A stretch of 63,960 nucleotides of DNA, the filler included, from Intoshia linei (Eukaryota > Animalia > Orthonectida): assembly GCA_001642005.1 (NCBI GenBank). It is 4 parts of 4 records of this genome, joined end to end, with 100 filler letters (N's around TTAATTAATTAA, not from the genome) between each part and the next. Parts side by side here need not be neighbours in the genome. Positions count along the whole stretch, not along the records: positions 1 to 29,089 come from LWCA01000394.1; positions 29,190 to 44,489 come from LWCA01000917.1; 2 more parts are not named here. One strand, 5' to 3'. The position numbers and the translations under genes are program-made. Of this stretch, positions 26,444 through 38,934 are shown one piece after another (within the stretch, counting starts at the first letter, position 1; each line of letters opens with the position of its first letter). A model generated the notes under the pieces. It was not told where the DNA came from. It did not search any database and worked only from the letters and a program-made list of their open reading frames with translations.

Positions 26444-28875
26444 TTATATGTCATAACTTAGTACTTAAGCAAGTTTTTGCTAACTTTTAAAATCAAAAAA
26501 CCGTACCTATTAACAATATATGTAAATCAAATTTACTGACGTTATTGGACCTATAAATTATTTATGTCATTATGGAAATTGTCCAAAATTATATTATAAT
26601 TACTTTAATTGAAGAAAAATTAAGTTATACTATAATAGTTTTTAATATTTTAAGTAATATTAAGAATACGATAGTTAATATAATATTATCGTAGAGTTGA
26701 CTTAATTAATATATTTTTAATTAAGTTCATTTATAAAATTTGAATTTATGATTAGGTCTGTGGTTTTAAATCGGTTCTAAAGTATATACGAAATAGAAAA
26801 AGTATATTGTATTCAAAACAATATATTAAATCGCATAATTTTCGTATACTTACTAAATTTTCCAACATTATCTAAAATTAAATTAAAAATAGTAGATCCA
26901 TCATGATTGTAAGCCCGGGTCATATGGCCATAAAATCAATATAATACAGAAAAACTTCCCCAAAATACGAGTAAAACAATATACACAATGTATACTATTA
27001 CGGTGTTAAATACGGTTAAACGTCTACAATCTAACATCAGTACACTTTCAACCATCTAATTAGTTAATCACATGATCAACAATTTGTGACATTATCTTTG
27101 CTAGGCCTGAGAAATTTTAGATCATTAAAATATCATTTTTGTTTACTTATAATTATAAAATAACACATCATTATCACTTGAATTAATTTGAATAAGAAAA
27201 TACAAAGTAATTTTTTTGTTTTATTTATATATTAAAGATCGAAATTATTATGTAGAATAGTAACAGTACGAATGGGTTTTACGTCAGATTTTCCTCACTT
27301 AATTAATCAAATAAAATTTACTGACTTTGTTGAATCTATAAATTATTTTCTGTCATCGTAGAAATTTCCAAAAATGATATGATAAAAATCTTGAATAAAG
27401 CAAAATTATGTTATAAAATAATAGTTTTTATTACATTTACTAGACCGGACTTCTTACACAGGATTGTCAAATTTATGAAATGTTTTTTTAATGTTTTTTT
27501 TAAAATTTGAAATTGCGATCGCTCCCTTGTATCCATGTAGATCAGATACTGTTGCCGACACGACAATCATTATTTTTGAAATATCATTTAAATTTTTTGA
27601 TAAGAAATATATTTTTAATTATTTTGTTGGTGAATGGTCTATTGTTAAAGTATACATTGACGTGATAGACAATTTAGAAAAAAATTATACCATTGTTTTG
27701 ACATTATTATTATTATTATACGAGTAAAACAATACATAAATCTAACTTGTAAATATAAACATCTAAAGTGTATCATTATTATAATTATAATGATCTAATT
27801 AGTTAATGACATGATCAATAATTTTTGACGCAATTTTTTATAGGCCTAAGAAATTTTAAATCATTAACTATACTTTGTTTGTTCATTATAACTATAAAAT
27901 CACAAATCATTATCATTAACAATTTTTTCCGCAAAGATCATTTTGAAATATAAAAAAGGAAACTTTTTTTCATTATTTGTATATTAAAGATCTAGATTAC
28001 TATGTAGAATGGTAGCAGTGGAATCTGTTTTTAGTTAATTCATTAGTTTCTGTTTCCTTTAATAGTTAAAATAAATTATAGAAATGTATCTATTTTTATC
28101 GCAGCACTTGACATTTCAATACAATCATTTAACATTTTTATAACTTATAGGTCATCACTTAGTACTTAAGCAAGTTTTTCCTAATTTTTAAAATCAAAAA
28201 ACCTTACCTTTTAACAATATATGCAAATAAAATTTATTGACGTTATTGGATATTTAATATTTTTGGTAAATTTGACAATACGATAGTTAATAGAATATTA
28301 AGGTAGAGTTAACTTAATTAATATATTAATTATTAATAAGTTAATTTATGATTAGGTGTGGTGTTTTAAATTGGGTCTAAATAAAATACCTTAACAGAAA
28401 AAGTATATTGTAGTCAAAATAATATATTAGAAATCCATAACAGTCATACTTAAAGCAGCTTTATTAGAGATAAGTGCTTCGTTTAACTTGATGGTAATTT
28501 TTAAAGACAATAACTAAATATAATTTCAAATATTTTCTAAGGCTATAATAAAATTTGAACATAGTTATTTATTCATTAAAAACCAACAAATCAATTTTAC
28601 GATCCGCATTTATGATGATAATTATCCAATTGTTTATTTATACATCTTATTAAATTAACAATTGAAAAGCAAAGTCATTTTCATAATTTCAAAAAATTAA
28701 ACACTGAAATTTATACATAAAATTTTATTTAAACAATTTTTCAATAACAAATAGTACATTCCTGTTCAATTCAACAAGTTGATAAATTTTTTAAATACAT
28801 GTAATAATTTTTACTAAGCTTTCCTTATTGAATTTAATTTGTATCTCTATTTTACATATAAATATATACTTTTAG

Positions 28876-29089
28876 ATGGAACGAACATTTCAGAATAGCT
28901 TAATGAACCCATTTAATTACACGTCGATACCTCTGGATCAGTTCAATCCAGCCAAATTTAAAAAAAAGAGAATGTACAAACACGACAGCGTTGGAAACTG
29001 TAGTGTTCAAGAACTGGTGCAATTGGCTAATAATCAACCGGAAATATATCCGTCAATTTTACACATGGTCCAAACGGTTCAAAAAATAT
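28876..29089 (+). CDS. Second copy of the orphan gene, 5' end, truncated by an assembly gap
   Basis: MERTFQNSLMNPFNYTSIPLDQFNPAKFKKKRMYKHDSVGNC...IYPSILHMVQTVQK versus METTVQDDIMNPFNYTAINLDQFDPANFKSKKMYKHDSVGNC...IYPSILHMVQTVQK. Confidence 0.9.
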
Positions 29090-29189
29090 NNNNNNNNNNN
29101 NNNNNNNNNNNNNNNNNNNNNNNNNNNNNNNNNTTAATTAATTAANNNNNNNNNNNNNNNNNNNNNNNNNNNNNNNNNNNNNNNNNNNN
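29090..29189. other. Scaffold gap with artificial TTAATTAATTAA spacer
   Basis: N44-TTAATTAATTAA-N44, identical at three places in the window. Confidence 0.97.
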
Positions 29190-29569
29190 TATAAGGCGCA
29201 TTCCTAATTTTTCATGTAAAAAGGTACGCCTTATACTCCGAAAAATCCGAAAAATACGGTAATTAGAAATTACTTTTAAGTTATAAATATTCATTATAAG
29301 CAGATACAATTAACATACAGTGGAACTTGTCTACAATGGAAATTGTTATAGTGGAAAATTCATTTTAAAATTATTTCATATAGTGATTTCAGTGTAAATA
29401 CAAATTTTACAGTGGATAATCCATGAATATGACAAAAATATTTGTTTTTAACATTTTTAAATGCTTTTTACAATGTCAATAAATAAAGATTACACATCCT
29501 GTTTCTTTAAATTCAAATCTACCTCATTTATTTTTGTTTTTAGTGAAAATTTTTAAGTACGTAATTATA

Positions 29570-31563
29570 ATTATGTAATGTGTGCCGTTTTTGTAGTTTA
29601 CCAGGGATGAAAATCCAAAAACCAAAATCATTGATATAAGCAATGTAGGACCCATAGATACAAAAAATGAATTGAATGAAATCTTTAAATTTAAAATATA
29701 ATGCGTTAATGTATAAATATGTTTAGTTCTCCTTATTCGTGGTAGGACCCTACTCTACGATAAATTTTATATTATTAATTTTAGATCAATTTCGTTAACT
29801 AAAATTATAAATAACTCTGTAAGCGACATAAAATTCTTTTCAATGGGATATTACATTCATACAAACCCTAAAATGAATTATAAGGTTATTAGAATTATAA
29901 TAAAAATTTTTATACATTTATTTAGGCTCAATTTTCGCCCTCATATTTATTATCAAGAGATGGGAAATGGCAGCCATATTCATTATTTAGCGAAACTACC
30001 TTTATAAATGATACTAAACCTGATTTAGACCCCAATACGGATAAATATAAACAAAATCATGAAATCTCAGAGAGTCTATTTACTTCCACTTTAAATTTTA
30101 GTTTACGTGCCATGTCAAGAATTAAACTAAACCCATCTGATTCTGAATTAACTAAATATAAACAAGACATGATGTCATCAATGAAAATGTTACCTAGACC
30201 TGATTTTATGACGACGGAGAATGTTTTATTATTATTCATTTCATGATTATTAAAAGTATATTAATGTTAAGAATTGTGTTTTATTTTACTTTGAATGTGA
30301 GGTGTTCTCTTTTATTTACCATAAATAAAATATGCCAGTTTGATCTGCCCGGGAAAAAGTCTAGTTTAAATGATTCAGTAAATTTTTATACGATAAATTC
30401 ATGTTGAGATCTGTCTAAAATAAATTTTTCCCATTATATGAACACACAGATATGTACTGTATTAAAATTTTTATTATTTACAATTAATTAATTCTAACTT
30501 ATATTAAATGCGACGCGATTTTTGTTTGTGTGTCTGTGTGTGTGTTACTTTTTTGAAATAACTAGCACTCTTAGAATTTTTTCAAAACCACATTTCAATT
30601 ACAGTTTTTTCCTTCACGTATAATAACATAAATTTCAACCTCCCAATTTCACATCTTAAGGGTCAAAAACCCCTGTTGTCCCTCTTTTTGAAAATTAAAC
30701 GAATTGAAGAATTTAAAAAAATATATACGCTGATGCGGATTTTAAAATAATAAACATTATCATAAATTTAAAAAAATATCTTCAGGGCCAAAATCCCAAA
30801 TTACCCTTCCTTTTTTTAAAAATACCCCTATAATTTCAAAAAATTTACAGGTGGTAGAGTTGTATCATGTTAACACGCATAAAAAAATTTCAATTAGAAT
30901 AAGTGACGACTTCACGGTCAAAAAAGCATTTTAGTATTCATATATTTTTTTCTGAAATCATTTTATTAAACCAATAAATGTGAAATAATTAATACTCCGA
31001 AAATTAAAAAAAAAGGTTATTCTGATAGAACTTATTCCAGTTAATATAAATACAAAATTTCAACTTCAGAAATCTACGCATTCCCGGTGAAAAATAATTT
31101 TTAATATATTATCAACCAATATTTTTCAAATATTTCGATTAAAATTGAAAATTTAAATATTGATCCTACAATTTCAAAAAAAATGTGGATTGTACGTCTA
31201 CACATTTCCAGTAAAGACATATGGGTGAAAATCTATATAATTCATTCCTTCGAAATGATTTTTCATTGCTACGCAATTTTTAAATTTCAAATTTTCATTT
31301 TGTAAACTTTAATAAATTTATGACACTACAGCAACGTAATATAAAATTAAATTTATACTAACTGAAACGTTATTTTTTTTATTGATAATTGTTACAAATT
31401 TAAATAAAAGAAAAACTATATTCAGTAGCTAACAGTCCATATACACTCCAATACTATATTCATTCTGATTTACATTTAGAAAAATTTTCAGTAGACAATC
31501 CAATTTTTTTATAAAACAAGAAAAAAGGTTAAAAGTATGGACACATTTTTAACATCAATCATT
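29570..31563 (-). pseudogene. Decayed membrane-protein gene, possibly with a MAM-like domain
   Basis: Blocks SNWHILFMV... and FSVVIKSGLGNIFIDDIMSC (resembles the MAM end GxIAIDDI...C), plus a TM-like FFVSMGPTLLISMILVFGF. In-frame stops, e.g. GTA TAA AAA near 30388. Confidence 0.3.
30492..31165 (+). mobile_element. Helitron-like element, 5' two-thirds
   Basis: ttctaacttatattaaatgcgacgcgatttttgtttgtgtgtctgtgtgtgtg start plus family core. Confidence 0.8.
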
Positions 31564-31767
31564 TTTATATAACAATCCTTTGCAATAATGGTAAAATTAA
31601 TTATTGATACACAATTGGTATTTTTAAGTATTTATTAAATTGGTTCTGAATATATATCATCACATTGAAAATGACAAAATAGATTTTTATAATTTTATTT
31701 TTTCTGGAATTTATGACGATTTTTAGAATTGGACTGTTTTTACTTTATTTTTAATATTATACACACA

Positions 31768-33359
31768 CTAGCTTGGCTGTTTTGTACTACGTACAAACAG
31801 CACCTAGCTCTGCCGAGAGCACTCTTTTATTATACCAAAAAAATAAATTCACGTTGAAAATCTAATTTAAAAATACTACTATTAACTATTATCAATCCTT
31901 TAAAGGAGTGGTTCTTAAATTTTTTTCAGGTGGAACCGTCATATCACATTATTTTTTACTTTAAAGTGAATTATTCCATTTAATTTTTTTGTTAACATTT
32001 GCGTAAAGAATTTTAAAAACAATTATTATCCCACATTTTTTTAATTTATTAGACAGAATCTTAACTTAAATAAAATGCGACGCGATTTTTGTTTGTCTGT
32101 CCTACTTGATTGAAATAACTAGCACTCTTAGAATTTTTTAAATACTACATTTCAATTACAGTTTTTTCCGGGGCGTATAATAAGAAAAATTGCAACCTTA
32201 ATGGTCAAAAACTCCTGTTGTCCCTCTTTTTGAAAATTAAACGAGTTGGAGAATTTAAAAAAATATATACGCTGATGCGGATTTTAAAATCATAAAGATT
32301 ATCATAAATTTAAATTTAAAAAAATTATATCTTCAGATTACCCCAAATTACCCTTTCTTTTTTTTTGAAAACAGTCCTAGAATTTCAAAAAATTTACAGG
32401 TGATAGAGTTGTATGCGTAGTATGCAGTAGTATGTAGTATACAGGTGTATGCGTAGATTTCTGGGGTTGAACTTTTGTATTTATATTAATGGGAATAAGC
32501 TCTATCAGAATTATCTTTTTTTTAATTTTCGGATTTTTGATTCTTTGTTTTAATAGAATATTTTGAAAAAAAAATATGTTCATACTAAAATGCTGTTTTG
32601 ACCGTGAAGTCGTCACTTATTGGGATTGAAATTTTCTGTGTGTGTTAACGTAATACAACTCTACCACCTGTAAATTTTTTGAAATTCTAGGACTGTTTTC
32701 AAAAAAAAGAAAGGGTAATATGGGGTAATCTGAAGATATAATTTTTTTAAATTTAAATTTATGATAATGTTTATGATTTTAAAATCCGTATCAGCGTATA
32801 TATTTTTTTAAATTCTCGAACTCGTTTGATTTTCAAAAAAAAGACAATTGGGATATATATTTTTTTAAATTCTCCAACTCGTTTAATTTTCAAAAAGAGG
32901 GACAACAGGGGTTTTTGACCCTTAAGGTTGCAATTTCTCTTATTATACGCCCCGGAAAAAACTGTAATTGAAATGTGGTCTTTAAAAAATTCTAAGAGTG
33001 CTAGTTATTTTAATAAAGTAGGACAGACAGACAAACAAAAATCGCGTCGCATTTTATATAAGTTAGGATTCTGTCTAATAAATTAAAAAAATAGGATAAA
33101 AATTGTTTTTAAAATTCTTTACGCAAATTTTAACAAAACAAAATTAAGTGGAATAATTCACTTTAAAGTAAAAAGTAATGTGATATGACGGTTCCACCAT
33201 AAAAAAATTTGGGAACCACTCCTTTAAAGGATTGATTATAGTTAATAGTAGGATTTTTAAGTTAAATTTTCAACGTGAATTTATTTTTTTGGTATAATAA
33301 AAGAGTGCCCTCGGCAGAGCTAGGTGCTATTTATACGTAGTACAAAACAGCCAAGCTAG
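31768..33359. repeat. 1.6-kb foldback (inverted duplication) built from Helitron-like parts
   Basis: 31768-about 32420 is the reverse complement of about 32645-33359, with scattered mismatches and a small internal duplication. Both outer ends are hairpin+CTAG 3' termini. Confidence 0.92.
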
Positions 33360-33381
33360 TTAATATATATAATTTTAATTA

Positions 33382-35794
33382 TTATAAAAGAATCAAAATT
33401 TTACATTATTGTATTTTGATAATTTAACAAATTTACGCCAGTCTTTACCAATAATTGACCTATTATTTAATTAACCTAAATTAAAATAAAACCTGGGTAA
33501 TGGATTCAAATCATTGATAATTGAAAGGTTTTCGTTTATAATACAGCAACCATTCCTATCAAAAAACTGTATCTGTGTATCATTGTTTATTACCACGCAA
33601 TCATTGTACCATTATCAGTGCAGTACTTTTTAGGTACAGAAATAATTTGCATTTCATAATAATCTGTTACTTTTTTGAGCCCATTAAGAATAAATTTATT
33701 ACATGCCACTCCACCCGAAACTATATTTCAATTGGGTCAAATAACAAAAATTAAGACAAACCGACTATTTGAGATACACTAATGTTGTGACAAATTTCTG
33801 AATATTTACAAAACTGAATGGCCTTTGAAAGATTTACTTGCAATTTTTCGGTAATCTCTTTCTGCAATGAATAAGCAATCTCAGAGGATTCATTTGGTAT
33901 TTGGCTCTCATTATCGTATTCTAAATTCGTATTTAATGTTTATATTGTAAAAATAATAATGTACTATTGATGTTTATAATTTTAAATGTTTACGTTTTTT
34001 TTGCTTCATTTCATTTATCCAATAAACGTGTTGACTCATTATCCCAGAAAACGAAGCGTCACAGTTTGATGATTTACGGTTTAATCTATCGAATTTGTTT
34101 TTGATTCTATTTTCTTTATTTGCTTTTTCAGCACACAATTCAACCGCCGCCCCACAAGGCAAATGAGAATATAAACTAGAATTTTTTAGATTTAGCTCAC
34201 GGTAAATCTAAAAATAAGACATATAATGTAATACCATGATTGGTTCTCAACGATTATAGTATGGTCTCTTTACTCTGCTTAAATTTAACAAATATAATAA
34301 AATAATTTTTACCTTATCGAAAACATCTCCTGGAGCATTATCTTTACAGGTACCAATCAATGAAAAATCATTTGCTGTATGAGCAATAGCAAAAATACAA
34401 TGAGCTCCAGAAATTAAGAGTGTCAAGAAAGGATAGGACAAACTAAAATGATTTAAAATTTAAATGAACATTGTATTTTACACTATCGTCTTAATAATAA
34501 TTATTATTGATTATAATCAAAAGAAATAATATACTTGTTTAAAAGAGACCCAATTAAAGCGTGAGCTCGCATATGATGAATAGGAATTACTGGTTTTCTA
34601 CACGACAAATAAATACTTTAATAAAAATTGAAAATATAATAAATATACCACAAATACAAACTGTGTGCAGATTTTATTGTCACGGTGCATATATTCTACA
34701 CCATCATATAAATAATCCATTTATTTTACTCGCAACCACATTAACTAATCCAAAAATTCAATTTTTTAAAGATAACATTAATCTGATGTCAGAATTTTTA
34801 TTAATGATGAAAATGAGATTATGGATGGATCATGGGACCGAAAAATTTTGTCAAACAATTGTAAACTATCAAAAATCATGCAACATGAATCATAATTGTT
34901 CATTAAAAAATTAATTGCAAATCTTTTCAAAAATGGAACATGAAAGCGATCCACTGTATATTTAATGAATTTACATTCTTTTTTTGGACTACGACGAACA
35001 GGGTTTAGACCCGGATCTAAAATATGGATATATAAAATTACTGAAATTTAGTGGACAAGTATTTAGCAAACTGAATTCCAACATCTAAAGATATTACTAA
35101 TCCAGGGCAATGAGTTACTGCAATATAATCAATATCGTTCATTTTTAAATTTGATTGATTCATTACTTGTATTGTTAATGGAATTATGTTATCTAAATGC
35201 ATTGTTTTCGCGACCCAAGGTACTATTCCACCGCATCTATAAAATATAAATATATTTATTTTAGAAATTGAATAAAATGACACCACCCAAAAATATTTAT
35301 GACCGCCCCGCGTTTAAGAAACTCATGTTTTCATTGATGGAATTAATTTTTTTATGATTCATAAGTAGTAAATATTAAATTTCTGTATTTACATACTAAT
35401 GTTATGTTGTTACAGTACAGACCACGTTCAAAAAAAATTCCAGTACATTTTTTTGACATTGTTGCAGAACTCTACAATATGTAGTAACATCAGCAAGTCA
35501 AATAAAGGTGAAATGATAGAGAATTGATACATGTAGGAAATATATATTATATTATATAATAAAATAAATAATTTATTACTCAGAATGGAACCAAGCCTGA
35601 GATTTGACATTTTCAAAATATATTTTTTTATCAGTAGAAACAATTGCAATTCCGGTATCATCACAGCTTGTCTCAATTCCCAAAACGTTTGCATGATTAA
35701 ATCGCATCTGTGTATTTAATATTTCCCTCTTATTTTGTAATTTATATATATTTGATATTTCAATTTTAAATATGTTTAACATTGACAAAAACAT
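33382..35794 (-). CDS. OSGEPL1: Mitochondrial tRNA N6-adenosine threonylcarbamoyltransferase (Qri7/TsaD-like), multi-exon
   Basis: VLGIETSCDDTGIAIV, GGIVPWVAKTMH, IAVTHCPGLVISLDVG, IPIHHMRAHA, YPFLTLLISGAH, DNAPGDVFDK, GAAVE, SFSG, SGGVACN, YCTDNGTMIAW. Confidence 0.93.
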
Positions 35795-35959
35795 TATTTT
35801 CGGGTATATCCTTAAATTTGGATCATATATTTTAATAAGTAAGCAACTTTATTATTTTGTTAAAATCCCTGGTTTAATAATAATAATAAATTTAATTGAA
35901 GGAAGCTATTAGTAGCTTGTTACAAAATGTGATTATACTAATTATTTGAAGTTGAATTT

Positions 35960-36305
35960 ATTTATTTGTTGATTAAATTGAGCTAGGTTCATAGATTTTG
36001 TCTGATTTGGTAGTTGGTTCCATCTGCTAATAACTCTTTTGTAAAAGGAATTGCCATGTAATTTGGTGTTGACGATTTTTGAATAACTTTCCATTTTGTC
36101 GTGTTTTAGAGATGTTGCGTTTGAACGGTGAGGAGACTTTTAATGTTATAATTTTATGTGTTAATCTGAGGTCCATTAAGTTTCTTCGATGACGCGTTTG
36201 TTTAGTGAATCAATTCGTTTAATGTGTTTCAAAGCTGACGGGTTCCACAATTGGGATACATACTCAATTTTGGGGAGTATAAACGTTTTAAATTGGTTTA
36301 GCTAA
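35960..36305 (-). mobile_element. 5'-truncated CR1/L2-like LINE 3' relic
   Basis: FKTFILPKIEYVSQLWNP, DLRLTHKII and NSFYKRVISRWNQLP, typical post-RT motifs of CR1-group ORF2. Confidence 0.75.
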
Positions 36306-36630
36306 AATTTAGGCGCTAAACTCTTTTTGTTAAGAGTAAGGGATAATTTATTAATGATAAAACTAGCGTGCAGATTTTATAAGTTGTTTGTGACGATCCG
36401 AACTTATCACGCTCGAGGCCCTTGAAAATAAAAAATTGACAACGACAAAAATTTGCTAACGATGCGTAATGCAATTTATTCCCTAACCACATTTCCTCGG
36501 GCATGAACTTGACATAAAAACTACACCGGACGTAATTCATTCCATGAAAAAATTTTTTCAGTCTTGACTAGTGTAATATTTTGTCTGTAACGTACTAATC
36601 AATAATTACTATTTTCATTTATATATGTCA

Positions 36631-37554
36631 CTAGGTTGATGTTATGTACTACAAACGGCACCTAGCTCTGCTGAGGGCACATTTTTATTCTACAAAAAAA
36701 TAAATTAACGTTGAAAATCTAACTTAAAAATTCTACTATTCACTATTATGAATCCTTTAAAAGAGTGGTTACCAAACTTGTTTCAGGTGGAACCGTCATA
36801 TCACATTACTTTTTACTTTAAAGTGAATTATTCCACTTAATTTTTTGTTTGTTAACATTTGTGTAAAAGAGTTTTAAAAACAATTGTTATTCCATTTTTT
36901 TAATTTATTACACATAATGTATATAATATTAAAAATAAAGTAAAAACATTCAATCCTAAAAATTGTCATAAATAACATAGCAAGGTTGATTTTGTATTTA
37001 TATCAATTGGATTAGCTGTGTCAGAATAATATTATTTTTTTAAATTGCGGACCGTTAATTATTCCACATTTTTTGATTTAATAAAATATTTCGGAAAAAA
37101 ATATACGAATACTAAAGTGCTTTTTTTGACCATGAAGGTGTCACTTATTCAGATTGAAATTTTTTGTGTATGTTAACAAATTACATCTGTACCAGCCGTA
37201 AATTTTTTTTAATTCCAGGGCTGTTTTCATTAAAAAAAAAAGGGTAATTTGGGGTTTTGGCCCAGGAGATATTTTATTTTTTAAATTTAAATTTATGATA
37301 ATATTTATGATTTTAAAGTCTGTATCAGGGTATATATTTTTGAAATTCTCGAACTCGTTTGATTTTCAAAAAAAAAGGACAATTGGACTTTTGACCCGTA
37401 AAATGTTGTTTGGGAGGTTGAAATTTATCTTACTAACATTCCGGGAAAAACTATAATAGAAACGTGGAGTTTATAAAATTCTAAGAATGGTAGTTATTGA
37501 AATAAACGATAACACACACACACAGATAAACAAAGCATATTATATATGTAAAGA
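36631..37554 (-). mobile_element. Near full-length (about 920 bp) non-autonomous Helitron-like element
   Basis: On the minus strand: a|TC 5' end plus (tg)n, family core, and 3' gtgccctcagcagagctaggtgccgtttgtagtaca...CTAG|t; no TSD. Confidence 0.8.
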
Positions 37555-37642
37555 TATACAGAGATATATATGCACCTTTGTTTTGGCCGTTTTTATATGA
37601 GTCATTTTTGTAGTGTTACTTTTTTGTTTGTGCCGTTTATAC

Positions 37643-38372
37643 CAGGCATTCTCAACCCTTTTTCGCTGTGGACCCGTAAGATGATATTACAAAATACCTT
37701 TACAAAAAAAATATTAAAATATTATAAAAAATTAATAATAATGACAATTTTTAATAAATCATTACATTTAGGTGAAACGAATGATGATCAAAAGACATGG
37801 AGTACTCTATTTTTGCAAGATGATAAACTTTATGAATTATTAATATTCACCTTTAACCCGTTAATGTTCCAAAAATGGAATATGTTTTTCAGGTATTGTT
37901 TACAGTACATAATTGTTAACTACATATTTTATCAAATAAATAAAAAGTCTATATTATCTATCTTCCCCGTGAAAATTAATATTTTATATCCCTTGGTTGA
38001 TGTTTCATAGAATCATGAATATTGACTGATTTTTTGTCCCATTTTCAATTTGAAATTTAAAGCTTTTTTTATGACTAGAAACTTGGCTCGGTCATAAATT
38101 TTAATAAAATAATTAAATAAAACCGCTGCTCCTAAAATAGAACAATGGAGGTTTCCCAATATGTTTTTACACTGATAAGTAATTTAATTTACAAAGTAAG
38201 TTAATACCAAAGAATTTACTTTTACATGATTTGCACGTTTTATATTAGTATTTCTGAGCCTTTATGTTTTAAAAACGACATTATGTTACTGAAAATGTCT
38301 ATAATATGTAATAAATGTATATAATTTTCATGGACCCCCAAAAAAGTGCTGTGGACCCGTTGATAATTGCTG
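37643..38372. mobile_element. Non-autonomous hAT element
   Basis: Exact 8-bp TSD GTTTATAC (37635-37642 and 38373-38380); imperfect TIRs caggcattctcaac / gttgataattgctg; subterminal gctgtggaccc repeats. Confidence 0.85.
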
Positions 38373-38934
38373 GTTTATACCATAAAGTCATAATGAGCCC
38401 GATAATTTTTTTCACCTTCCGGGACTCTTTTTATAGTGTCGTGGACATGAAGGTTAGTAATTAAATTATTTAATTTACTTTTTACTTACTTATTGACTAT
38501 TTTATATATATTATTTTACTTATTTATGTATATTTATTTCATTCATTCATACTTGAATTGTTAGAACCTTTTTCAAATTAAAATGTACCTATAATGTATA
38601 ATCATTTATCAAAAATGGAATTTTCATGAAATTGAACAAGCATTTTTAAATTTACAAAAGAATATATTAAGTGAAAAATCTTTTTTTAAATTTAAGTTTA
38701 ATCGTTATCGTGTAGAGGGGCCAGGGTCTACAATCATGAGGGTCGACTATTTTAATTTGTTAATAGGTAATGTTGAAAATTTCTTATTTTTAGGAAATTT
38801 TATGATGACCAATGTGATTTACAACTGTTATTTTTCATTTTTAGATTATGAATATATTATATAATGCAAATATCGTGAATGCAGAAATAAAGTATAATAA
38901 TCTAATTGAGTTAATATTTATACAGTAAAATTAA

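Larger units (their letters stand above)
18400..28875 (+). repeat. Nested segmental duplication built from a roughly 0.6-kb non-coding module
   Basis: The module (acgagtaaaacaata...gatctaattagttaat...taggcct-a-aaattttagatcatta...gtagaat-gtaacagta) starts at about 18506, 19363, 20125 (truncated), 25420, 26945 and 27720. Also 18400-19060 resembles 26840-27470, and 22490-22982 resembles 28330-28875. Confidence 0.85.

Noticed and set aside
18506-28260. CRISPR-like or satellite array
   Set aside because: Units are about 0.6 kb, diverged and lack short repeat/unique spacer structure; the context is eukaryotic.
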